Below the pieces are notes generated by a model. The model was not told where the DNA came from. It saw nothing but the letters and a program-made list of their open reading frames with translations, and ran no database searches. The position numbers and the translations under genes are program-made. 64,000 nucleotides of DNA from Planctomycetota bacterium. Its GTDB lineage: Bacteria; Planctomycetota; MHYJ01; WSZJ01. This document shows, piece by piece, positions 1 to 8,868 of the stretch (position 1 is the first letter of the stretch; every line of letters starts with the position of its first letter). The stretch is from positions 96,001-160,000 of the forward strand of contig JBBTCT010000015.1 of the NCBI GenBank assembly GCA_038060895.1, in the 5' to 3' direction.

Positions 1-126
1 GTCGTAGGTCGGGGCAGGAATGCTCCAGGCATTCATGGCCAGCCCGCCGATAAAGGCGTGGTTGATGCGGTTCGAGGACAACACCTCGGCCAGGCGACGA
101 GCCTGGGAGAGGATGTCATCCTTCAT
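1..126 (-). CDS. Putative nucleotidyltransferase (minimal NTase/AbiEii-like), 5' part only; runs off the window
   Basis: Not in the ORF track. Manual translation from ATG 126 gives MKDDILSQARRLAEVLSSNRINHAFIGGLAMNAWSIPAPTYD, matching the hIGGxA...T.D NTase signature. Start overlaps the end of the upstream ORF. Confidence 0.6.
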   Translation of the reverse strand, partial: MKDDILSQARRLAEVLSSNRINHAFIGGLAMNAWSIPAPTYD

Positions 127-346
127 GGCCGGCCCTGCGCGCTTCCTCGGCAGCCGCGAGCCCGCGGAGGAGAGCCTGCTTCGAAGCCTGACGAATGCGG
201 TCTTCCGCAGTCAGGCGGCGGGCGCGCTCCTCCGGCGCAAGAACACTCAGCGCTCTCTCCGCCACATCCATGAGGGAGCGCATCTCAGCGAAGCGCTCCT
301 TCGGCGACATCGCGCGGTACTGCGCCAGCATCGTGGAACTCATCAC
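116..346 (-). CDS. Small helical protein, likely partner/antitoxin of the downstream nucleotidyltransferase
   Basis: YRAMSPKERF motif like small ORFs found before such NTases; TAGAAT at 360-355; start GTG 346 or ATG 343. Confidence 0.5.
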   Translation of the reverse strand: MMSSTMLAQYRAMSPKERFAEMRSLMDVAERALSVLAPEERARRLTAEDRIRQASKQALLRGLAAAEEARRAGHEG

Positions 347-412
347 GCGCTGAAATTCTATCACGAACCGATGGCTTGCGGACGGCAGGGACCTGACCGC
401 GGCGCCCCCTCC

Positions 413-1522
413 CTACTTCTTGAGATCCAGGCCGAACGTGTTGAGCGTGATCCGCTCGGGCTTCGCCGGCGTTCCCTTCGTCACCTCGTAGGCGATCGAC
501 CGGGTGATGCCGTCCTCGTAGGTCATGTGAAGCGTCCAGGCGCGGATCGCATACGTTCCCCGGCCCTTTTGCGGATTCTCGCTGTTGAGACTCGACAGCA
601 GCGCGAGGACCCCCTGCTCCTCGAACGTGCCGTCGGCGCGCAGGACAAGACGGTTGGGGTAGAAATTGTCCGGCCGGTCGAACGTCCCCTCCGGGCGCGT
701 TCCGTCGACGGACGCCATCGGGAAGAACTCCCCGTGCGTCGACGGTTCGACGAGCTTCCCGTCGCCCTTCTCCAGCGTCATCGTGCTCCCCGGTTCCCAC
801 GTGATCACCAGGCCCTTCTCCGTCTCCTCCACCTTCCCCAGGTAGTCCAGCTTCGCCAGCGGGTCGACGCTGTAGTCGAGCGTGTCGAGCCCGCGATCGG
901 GCCACCCGTTGGCGGCGAGGCCGTTGTCGAAGAGCACGATGTGATCGATCCCGGACTTCCAGACGTACCCCTTGGACAGCGCGTCGTAGCGGTTGCGCAT
1001 CACGACGCCCGACCACGCGCTCTTTACCTTCGGCGCCGCCGCTCGCTTTCCCTCGTACGAGGCGTCCGCGAGGGACTTGTCCACGTCGGCGGCGTAGCGC
1101 TCGAAGAGTTTTTTCGTTTCTGCGACGAAGAGGACGCCCTGGATTTTCCTGCCGGCGCGGAGGGCGTAGATGCGCGTCCAGGACTTGCCGGCTGCGGACT
1201 TGATGCGACCGGTTCGGAGGACCCAATCGCCAAGCGCCGCAGTGTCGCCGCCGGAGATGAGCTCGCCGCCCTTGAGCATCCCGTCCCATTTCACTCCCAG
1301 CCAGTCGAGCGGCCTCGCGTCGACTTCCTCGGGCGGCAGGACCATCAAGGCGACCTTGCTGGCCGCGTCCGCCTCGTGCGGGATGAAAATAGCGGTCTTG
1401 CTCGCCGGGTCGTCCTGGCGGTCCCACTTCGCGGGGCGCGTGATCTTCAGCGCTCCGGCGGTCTCGGGATCGGCGGCGGCGACGGAAGCGAGGAGCGCGA
1501 TGAGCGCGGCGGCGAATCGCAT
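413..1522 (-). CDS. Secreted hypothetical protein
   Basis: 369 aa; signal peptide MRFAAALIALLASVAAA; TACGAT 6 nt before ATG. Confidence 0.75.
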   Translation of the reverse strand: MRFAAALIALLASVAAADPETAGALKITRPAKWDRQDDPASKTAIFIPHEADAASKVALMVLPPEEVDARPLDWLGVKWDGMLKGGELISGGDTAALGDWVLRTGRIKSAAGKSWTRIYALRAGRKIQGVLFVAETKKLFERYAADVDKSLADASYEGKRAAAPKVKSAWSGVVMRNRYDALSKGYVWKSGIDHIVLFDNGLAANGWPDRGLDTLDYSVDPLAKLDYLGKVEETEKGLVITWEPGSTMTLEKGDGKLVEPSTHGEFFPMASVDGTRPEGTFDRPDNFYPNRLVLRADGTFEEQGVLALLSSLNSENPQKGRGTYAIRAWTLHMTYEDGITRSIAYEVTKGTPAKPERITLNTFGLDLKK

Positions 1523-1618
1523 CGGCGCATCGTACCACCGGGGGAAAGAGCAAAGAAAGCCGGCAACCCCTCGGAATCTCGAAACGTCCTCGGCGCCGCG
1601 TGGGTCGAAGTCGGGCCG

Positions 1619-2431
1619 TTACTTAGTCTCGGCGACGACCTCCAGCACAAACGGCATGGGGCTCCGGAAGATCGCATCCACGTCCTTCCCCAACTCGAGC
1701 GGACAGGTGACGACGGCCCGTTCCAGACGCTTCTTCCCCTCGCACGTCGTGACCCTGAAATCGGTTACCAGGGCCACTCCGTCGTACACGAAGGCGGTAT
1801 CCCACCACGACATCAGCTTGGGCGCTTTCGGGTCGGGGTTGGTGAGGTCATAGAATCTCTTTGAAGTGGCCGGAGGGAGAATCCAGGTGCAGCACTCCTT
1901 CCCGTCGACCTTGCTGACCCCGGCCGTTCCGAAATCGGAGAAGGGGATGGCCGGCTGCTCCTCGAGCATTCGCGTCGCGCCGATGCGGCCGGCTCCTTCG
2001 CCCGTCGCCGACTCCGTGAAATCGGGGTTCGTGCAGTGAAACCACTTCAGGCCCTTCGGCGCCTTGTCTCTCGACGGTTCGAGCCAGGGACCGGGACCGA
2101 CTCCATCGCGGATCTCGTCGGGTGTGCGGTCGCGGCCCATGCGAAGCGAGGCCTCCTTCCCGGCGACGCGGGAGAGCCGCGCGACAATCTCGAGGCTGGC
2201 AGCGGGAAGTTTCGCGCTCGAAATGAGCTCCAGGACGGGCGTCTCCTCCCCATCAAGGACCTTGCCGGTAAGACCCTTGAGACCGCGCGCCTTGCCGCGC
2301 TTGAGCAGCGCCACCGAACAGGCCTGAAGATCCTCCTTCGTGGCGGACTTCGGGCCCTGAAAACGGATCGTTTCCTGGGCACTTGCGGAAATGGAAACAA
2401 CCAGCAGGAACAGGCCGACTTTCCGGATCAT
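1619..2431 (-). CDS. Secreted protein resembling an isolated SecD/SecF periplasmic P1 domain
   Basis: Signal peptide MIRKVGLFLLVVSISASAQ with GGAG upstream; N- and C-terminal segments resemble SecD P1 boundaries; no TM domain. Confidence 0.5.
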   Translation of the reverse strand: MIRKVGLFLLVVSISASAQETIRFQGPKSATKEDLQACSVALLKRGKARGLKGLTGKVLDGEETPVLELISSAKLPAASLEIVARLSRVAGKEASLRMGRDRTPDEIRDGVGPGPWLEPSRDKAPKGLKWFHCTNPDFTESATGEGAGRIGATRMLEEQPAIPFSDFGTAGVSKVDGKECCTWILPPATSKRFYDLTNPDPKAPKLMSWWDTAFVYDGVALVTDFRVTTCEGKKRLERAVVTCPLELGKDVDAIFRSPMPFVLEVVAETK

Positions 2432-2590
2432 GGCTCTTCTCCGCGTGAGGTCACTTTCCAGTTTAACTGCAGCTAGAAGGAGGAGGAATTTCGAAATCCT
2501 GCCGCCCATGCGTCAAAGGGGAAGGCGCGTGGACGGACTCGCGCTTGCAGGAGAGCCGATGCCGGGACTAGGATTCCTGGTCGGATTTCC

Positions 2591-4426
2591 ATGCAATCAC
2601 TCATTCACTTGATTCGACCGAGAGGCTGCCCGAGTCCCCTTCTCTGGGTCGCCATCCTGTCGATCTTGCCGGGCCTCGCGAACGCCCAGAGCCGCGGCGC
2701 TTCCCTGATTCCCGAAGACCGCCGCATGGACTGGAAGCCCGGCGTGCCGGGCGGGATCCCGGTGTACCCCGTATTCGCGAACGTCAAGGCGGCGCCGTAC
2801 AGCGCGAAGGGCGACGGCGCGGCCGACGACACTGCGGCGATCCAGAAGGCGCTGGACGACTGCCCGGAGGGGAAGGCGGTCTACCTGCCAGCGGGGACGT
2901 ACCGGCTCACCGCGACGCTCACGATCACGAAGGGAATCGTGCTGCGCGGCGAAGGGCCGGAGAAGACGCGGCTCATCAACGAGGCGACGGCGAGGCACGC
3001 GATAGCTGCGAGCAATTACGACAACGAGACGGTGACCAAGATCGTGAAGGGCTCTGCCCGGGGCTCGACATCCATCACCGTGGACGACGCGTCGCGCCTG
3101 CGAGCCGGGGATCTGCTGCTGATCGACCAGCTCAACGATCCTGACATCGTGAGCATCGAGGGCGAGGGCGGTACGTGCCGGTGGGCGGGGAGAGAGAACG
3201 GGAAGCGCGCGATGGGGCAGCTAGTCGAGCTCGTGAAGAAAGACGGCAACACGCTGACCCTGAGCCGACCGCTCGCGATCACCTTCAGTGAGTCGCTCGA
3301 GCCGCAGGCGCTGCGGACCTCGGACAAGGTCATTCGCCGTGCGGGGATCGAGGACCTGTATGTCGAGACGACGAAGCGGCGCACCGACGAGAGCAATACG
3401 ATCCGCTTCTGGAACGCGATGTACTGCTGGGTGAAGAACGTCGAGTCGAGCCGCTGCTGGTTCGACGGGCACGTCACGCTCAAGAAGTCGCTCGGCTGCG
3501 AGATCCGGGACAGCTACTTCCATCACGCGTACGCGTACGGCTCGGGGCACGGGTATGGCGTGCTCATCACGGCCCAGAGCACCGACACGCTCGTCGAGAA
3601 CAACACCTGTTATTACCTCAATACCGGTCCGCAGGCGGCATGCAGCGGCCCCGGCAACGTCATCGCCTACAACTTCCAGTACCAGACCTGGGGTCGCGAC
3701 TTCCCGGATACCGACTGGGCCCATATGGGCCTGAGCCAGCACGCCGCGCATCCCTTCCTCAATCTCTGGGAAGGCAACGTCGTCGGCACCGTCGGCTTCG
3801 ATTTCTACTGGGGCTCGTCCAGCCACAACACGCTTTTCCGCAACGCCGTCGACATGAAAAACCTGCGGATCGACGGCCGGCCGATGTCGCGCAACCTGTG
3901 CGGATTCCGCTTCGACAAGTTCAGCCGCTTCAACAATGCGATCGGCAACGTCCTGGGTTACGAGGGGATGAAGGGCGAATACGAGGCGGATGAAAGTTCT
4001 CCGCTGACCGTCCCGACGGTCTGGGTGCTGGGCATTCCAGACGACCCGAAGGTCGCCGCGACTCTTCTCCGCCACGGCAACTTTGACTGGGTCACGAAGC
4101 AGACGCAGTGGGACCCGAAGATCAAAGACCACAAACTGCCGGAGTCCCTCTACCTGCCCGCGAAGCCAGCGTGGTTCGGCAAGCTGCCGTGGCCGCCGAT
4201 CGGGCCGGACGCGAAGCCGATGTCCGGGACTATCCCGGCGCGAGAGCGCTGGCTCAGGATTCCCGCGGCGGAGCGGGAAGCGCAGGATCTTCTCTACCTC
4301 GGGGAGTTTCACCTGGCGGCGGGGAAGAGGGACGAGGCGCAAGCGGCCTTCAAGGAAGTGGTCGAGAAGTTCCCGGCGACGTCCTCCGCGCCGGCCGCCA
4401 GGACGCAGCTGGAAAAGCTGAAGTAG
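2591..4426 (+). CDS. Secreted right-handed beta-helix glycoside hydrolase/pectate lyase 3-like protein with C-terminal TPR
   Basis: AKGDGAADDTAAIQKALD and VYLPAGTY motifs; C-terminal TPR-like helix pair. Confidence 0.8.
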   Translation: MQSLIHLIRPRGCPSPLLWVAILSILPGLANAQSRGASLIPEDRRMDWKPGVPGGIPVYPVFANVKAAPYSAKGDGAADDTAAIQKALDDCPEGKAVYLPAGTYRLTATLTITKGIVLRGEGPEKTRLINEATARHAIAASNYDNETVTKIVKGSARGSTSITVDDASRLRAGDLLLIDQLNDPDIVSIEGEGGTCRWAGRENGKRAMGQLVELVKKDGNTLTLSRPLAITFSESLEPQALRTSDKVIRRAGIEDLYVETTKRRTDESNTIRFWNAMYCWVKNVESSRCWFDGHVTLKKSLGCEIRDSYFHHAYAYGSGHGYGVLITAQSTDTLVENNTCYYLNTGPQAACSGPGNVIAYNFQYQTWGRDFPDTDWAHMGLSQHAAHPFLNLWEGNVVGTVGFDFYWGSSSHNTLFRNAVDMKNLRIDGRPMSRNLCGFRFDKFSRFNNAIGNVLGYEGMKGEYEADESSPLTVPTVWVLGIPDDPKVAATLLRHGNFDWVTKQTQWDPKIKDHKLPESLYLPAKPAWFGKLPWPPIGPDAKPMSGTIPARERWLRIPAAEREAQDLLYLGEFHLAAGKRDEAQAAFKEVVEKFPATSSAPAARTQLEKLK

Positions 4427-4503
4427 CTGCGAGCTTGAAGGCCCTCGGTGCGTGGGGCTAGCATCGCGGAGGTGAAGCCCAACCCGCGCGCCTCGACGTC
4501 CGC

Positions 4504-7500
4504 ATGAACTCCCTCAGGCTCCGGCTGCTGGCCCTCGCGGTCGCTCTTCAGCGCGGCCTGATCGGCGCCGACGAAGCGGCGGAAGAAGTGCAGGCGCTCG
4601 ACGCGGGCGGTTCTTCCGTTCCTCAGATTCCCGAACGTCTCTCGGTACGACTGGGCGCCGGGACACTTCAGGAGTTGGAACGCGAGCTCCAGGCGACGGG
4701 CAAGGACGAGGGGGCGGCGTTCCGCATCGTCGCCGATAGCCTGCCGGCCTCGTCGGCGTGGCGCCGGCTGTGGGACGGCCCTGCGGCGGCCATGGAGGCA
4801 ACGCTGAGGGCGCTGTCGCGGTCGACGCCTCCACCGGGGACGCGGTCGGTTCTGCCGAAGGAGCGCTACCAGGTCCGGAAGGAACTTGCGCGCGGCGGCA
4901 TGGGGCGCGTGCTGGTGGCCATGGACAACCTCATGGGCCGCGAGGTGGCGATCAAGGAGATGCTGTCGCCCGACAACCGCGGGGTGCCGACGCGTCCCGC
5001 GACGCCGGGGAAATCTTCGGGGGCGGACTTTGAGCGCTTCCTGAGGGAAGCGAAAGTCACGGGGCAGCTCGAGCATCCGAACATCGTGCCGGTCTACGAA
5101 ATCGGGCAGAACCCTGACGGGACGGTCTTCTACGCGATGAAATATGTGCGTGGCCAGACATTCGCGGAAAGGCTGTGGCAGATCGGCCGCGACCCCGCGC
5201 TCAGGACCGCTGAGGACCGGATGAACGCGCGGATGTCGCTTCTCGACGCGTTCGTGCAGGTCTGCCACGCGGTGGCGTACGCGCATTCGCGCGGCGTGAT
5301 CAACCGGGACCTGAAGCCGGCGAACCTGATCCTGGGAGACTTCGGCGAGACGCTGGTGCTCGACTGGGGCCTCGCTCGCGTGGCGGGGCAGGAAGACAAG
5401 GCGGGGAGGGAGCTTCTCGACGCGACGGCGATGATGAGCGCGGGGCGCGCGGAGACGGAGGTCGCGGGAGGCTCGTCGAAGCTCACCGTGGACGGCGCGG
5501 TCTTCGGCACGCCGTCGTACATGCCGCCGGAGCAGGCGCGCGGCCGGATCGACGAGGTCGATGAGAAGAGCGACGTGTACGCGCTTGGCGGAATCCTCTA
5601 CGAGATCCTGACAGCGCATGCGCCGTACGAGGGCCCGAACGTCGGCGCCATCCTGCAATCGGTTCTCACGGTCGATCCGGTCCCCGTCCGCACGCACGAG
5701 CCGGAAGCGCCGAAGGAGCTGGCGGCGCTGGCGGCGAAGGCGATGGCGCGCGATCGGGCGCTGCGGTTGTCAAGCGCGAAGGCGCTGGCGGAAGAAGTGA
5801 AGGCGTTCCGGGACGGACGGGCGCTGGAGTCGTACCAGTACTCCCTCGGTGAGCAGTTCTCCCGCTTCCTTCGCAAGCATCGCGCGCTGGCCTCGGCGAT
5901 CGCAGCCGCCTTCGTGATTCTCGTCGCCGGCGTGTTCGTGTCGCTGTACTACGCGAAGCAGGCGGGAATCGAGTCGAGGCTGGCCCGCGCGGCAGAGCGC
6001 GATGCGAATGCGGCGCGCGACAAGGCGTCGCAGAAGGCGGAAGACGAGCGGCGTGCGCGCGAGGCGACGCAGAAGGCGCTGACCCGAGCGCAGGGGGAGC
6101 GGCTGGCCGCGCTCGCGAAGCCGCTCGCAAGCGAGTTCCCGGCCGCGGCGCTTCTCCTTTCCATGAGGGCCGCCGACACGGCTCCGGGACTGACGTCGAA
6201 CAATGCGCTCTACGAGTCGCTCCTCCATCTTTCGGAAGCGCGGCATTTCTTCTGGCACGACTGGGGCGGCCGCGACGCGGCGTGGAGCCCTGACAACCGG
6301 AGGCTGGCTACCTGCGGGAATGACTATCTGGTGCGGCTCTGGGATCTGTCGACCGGGACTGAGATTGCCCACTCGGATGCCCACGACGGCCCGGTCGCGG
6401 GCGTCGCGTTCAGCCCCGATGGCCGGCGTCTGCTCAGCTGGTCGGGAGACGGGACGGCCCGGTTGTGGGACGGCGAGACGCTTCGCCCCGTGGTCACGCT
6501 CGAGGGGCATACGCGCGGGATTGGCGGCGCGAAGTACTCCGCCGACGGCGCCGTCGTGCTCACCTGGTCCGGCGACGGGACGGCGCGCCTCTGGAGCCTG
6601 TCGTCCGGCACGAGCCTGGCTTTCCAGTGCGGAGCGAAAGAGCTTGAGGCCGACTTGTCCCCGGACGCCGGCCGCATCGTCGCGGCCGACGGAACCGGTC
6701 CGGCCCTCCTTTGGAACACGGCGGATCCTTCAACTCCGCGAGTCCTGGGAACCGACGGCCCTTCAGCCACCCTCGCGCGCTTCTCGCCCGACGGAAATTC
6801 CGTCGCGACATCGGGACCGGACGGCCAACTGCGGATCTGGGACGCCGCCACGGGCGCGGCGAAGAGCAGCTGGGCCATCCCCAACGCCGGGGGGGCACGC
6901 ACGCACATTTCCTGGCGGCCGGATGGGAAGCGGATCGTCTCGTGCGGCCGCGACGCCTTGATCGTGTTCCAGGATGCCGACGCCGGTGCGAACGCGGTGA
7001 CGCACAAGGGACCGTACCAGATGAGCTGGGGCGTGAGCCCCGACTGGACCCGCTTCGCCGCCAGCACCGAGCGGCACCAGGTCGAGGTCCACGCCGTCGC
7101 CGACGGCCGAAGGCTCGACGTCCTCGGGGCGCACGAGTACGGGATCAACGAAGTCCGCTTCAGCCCCGACGGAAAGCGCGTCGCGACGATTTCAGGCGAC
7201 CGGACCGCGATCGTGTGGGACGTGCGGCCGGGCCGCGAGACGCCGCTTCTCGATGCCTGCGCCGGCGGCCGGCTCCTGAGCCCGTGCCCCGATGGACGGA
7301 CGGGGCTCTTTCGGCTCGACCGCGAGGGCCACGTGGGCGTGCGGGACCTCGAGTCGGGGGAGACGCTGACGCGCTGGGAAGACACGCTGGACCAGCAGTG
7401 GATCAACGTCGAAGTGGATCCCCAGGGGAAGTTCGCGGCGATCGTGCGTTCGAAGGCCGGAATGGTGGAGCTGCGCGAGTTGCGCACGGGCCGGGTCGTC

Positions 7501-8562
7501 CGGCGGGTGGAGGTGGAGCCGGGCGCGCGGAATCATGCGACCTTCAATGTCTCCGGCACCTGTCTGTCCTGCATTGGAAACAACAGCCAGATCGTCGTCC
7601 TGCAGCTGCCGGGAGGCGAAACCATCGGGAACTTCCAGCACCCGAAGGGCGCGCACACCGTCGATACCTCTCCCGACGGGAAGACAACGTATACGACCCT
7701 GCCTCCCGCTGCCGTGATCATCGCGTGGGAAACGGCGACCGGGAAGGAGCTCGGCCGCTTCACGGGACACACCGGATGGACCCTCTCGGCCCGCGCCCTC
7801 CCCGACGGCCGCCACATCGTCTCGACCGCGGCCGACGCTTCGGTCCGCGTCTGGGACACGACGAAGCGCGCGCCGATCGCGATGGCGAATTGGCCGCGGA
7901 TCGAGGACATCACGGCCATTCCCAGTCCCGACGGCAACTGGATCGCGGTCTTCGTGGAGGCCGGGGAGGTCCGGCTGTTGAAGACCGAAGGGCTGCAGCA
8001 GCATCTCGTGTTGCCGTTTGTGACCTCGCCGAAGCGCCTCGGGTTCACAACCGACTCGACGCTCTGGCTCGCTCCGTACGCCGACGGAACGGTCCGCCGC
8101 ATTCCGCTCGACCTGCTCGCGGCGGCGAAGCGTGCGGTCCCGCGCGAGCTGCACCCCTCGGAACTGGCCCGCTACGAGGTCGGCGACGACGCGGAGCGGC
8201 TGGCGTACCAGGCTGGCTTTCTCAAGGCGCACCCCTCCGCCCTGTCCTCCCTGATGACCGCGATCCCTCTTGCCAGGGCGGGCAAGTTCGACGACGCCCT
8301 CGCGCATGCACGCCTCTCGAGCTCCATTCTCCCGCGCCACCCCGACATCCACATATTTGTCGCGGGCATCTTCGCGCAGGCAGCGGAGGGCGCCCCGGCC
8401 GGGAGCCCTCAGCGCCGCGAACGGGTCGACGAAGCGCTGGCGGAGTCTCGCCGGGCGCTCGAGCACGGAAAGTCGGTGAACGACATGCGAAACGAAATCG
8501 AGGAGCCGTCCGTGAAGGACGATCCCAGGTTTGAGGCGATGTTGAAGGAGTTCGCGAAGTAG
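4504..8562 (+). CDS. Ser/Thr protein kinase with TM segment, WD40 repeats and C-terminal TPR-like helices
   Basis: ARGGMGRV, VAIK, NRDLKPAN, DWGLA, GTPSYMPPEQ; repeated GH...FSPDG...WD units. Confidence 0.93.
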   Translation: MNSLRLRLLALAVALQRGLIGADEAAEEVQALDAGGSSVPQIPERLSVRLGAGTLQELERELQATGKDEGAAFRIVADSLPASSAWRRLWDGPAAAMEATLRALSRSTPPPGTRSVLPKERYQVRKELARGGMGRVLVAMDNLMGREVAIKEMLSPDNRGVPTRPATPGKSSGADFERFLREAKVTGQLEHPNIVPVYEIGQNPDGTVFYAMKYVRGQTFAERLWQIGRDPALRTAEDRMNARMSLLDAFVQVCHAVAYAHSRGVINRDLKPANLILGDFGETLVLDWGLARVAGQEDKAGRELLDATAMMSAGRAETEVAGGSSKLTVDGAVFGTPSYMPPEQARGRIDEVDEKSDVYALGGILYEILTAHAPYEGPNVGAILQSVLTVDPVPVRTHEPEAPKELAALAAKAMARDRALRLSSAKALAEEVKAFRDGRALESYQYSLGEQFSRFLRKHRALASAIAAAFVILVAGVFVSLYYAKQAGIESRLARAAERDANAARDKASQKAEDERRAREATQKALTRAQGERLAALAKPLASEFPAAALLLSMRAADTAPGLTSNNALYESLLHLSEARHFFWHDWGGRDAAWSPDNRRLATCGNDYLVRLWDLSTGTEIAHSDAHDGPVAGVAFSPDGRRLLSWSGDGTARLWDGETLRPVVTLEGHTRGIGGAKYSADGAVVLTWSGDGTARLWSLSSGTSLAFQCGAKELEADLSPDAGRIVAADGTGPALLWNTADPSTPRVLGTDGPSATLARFSPDGNSVATSGPDGQLRIWDAATGAAKSSWAIPNAGGARTHISWRPDGKRIVSCGRDALIVFQDADAGANAVTHKGPYQMSWGVSPDWTRFAASTERHQVEVHAVADGRRLDVLGAHEYGINEVRFSPDGKRVATISGDRTAIVWDVRPGRETPLLDACAGGRLLSPCPDGRTGLFRLDREGHVGVRDLESGETLTRWEDTLDQQWINVEVDPQGKFAAIVRSKAGMVELRELRTGRVVRRVEVEPGARNHATFNVSGTCLSCIGNNSQIVVLQLPGGETIGNFQHPKGAHTVDTSPDGKTTYTTLPPAAVIIAWETATGKELGRFTGHTGWTLSARALPDGRHIVSTAADASVRVWDTTKRAPIAMANWPRIEDITAIPSPDGNWIAVFVEAGEVRLLKTEGLQQHLVLPFVTSPKRLGFTTDSTLWLAPYADGTVRRIPLDLLAAAKRAVPRELHPSELARYEVGDDAERLAYQAGFLKAHPSALSSLMTAIPLARAGKFDDALAHARLSSSILPRHPDIHIFVAGIFAQAAEGAPAGSPQRRERVDEALAESRRALEHGKSVNDMRNEIEEPSVKDDPRFEAMLKEFAK

Positions 8563-8636
8563 TCAAGGGCGCGAAAGTTCCCGGGCACTCCTGGCCGATA
8601 GCCCTGTCGGACCTGAACCCCACACAGGAGCTTCCC

Positions 8637-8852
8637 ATGAACGGTCTCTTCGTCCTCTTTTCGGCCTTCACGAGCCTCGCGACGGGCGTGACCCACTCCA
8701 TGGACGGATTGGCGGGCGCCGCTTCGAACGACCGCGTCCATTCCCTCGTCCGCTCCCTGCCTGCCCCGGGCCATGCGGTGGCCTGCCGCCGCCCTTCCGG
8801 CCGCCGGACGCATCACCACGGCTCGGCGCGGCACCACAGCCGCACGCACTGA
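8637..8852 (+). CDS. Small hypothetical protein with hydrophobic N-terminus and His/Arg-rich tail
   Basis: AGGAG SD before ATG; fills the gap between the kinase and hrpB. Confidence 0.45.
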   Translation: MNGLFVLFSAFTSLATGVTHSMDGLAGAASNDRVHSLVRSLPAPGHAVACRRPSGRRTHHHGSARHHSRTH

Positions 8853-8868
8853 CGGAGCGTCAGACGTC

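Noticed and set aside
5298-5325. NRD instead of HRD in the WD40 kinase as a sign of a pseudokinase
   Set aside because: The catalytic Asp, Lys, Asn and the DWG motif are intact.
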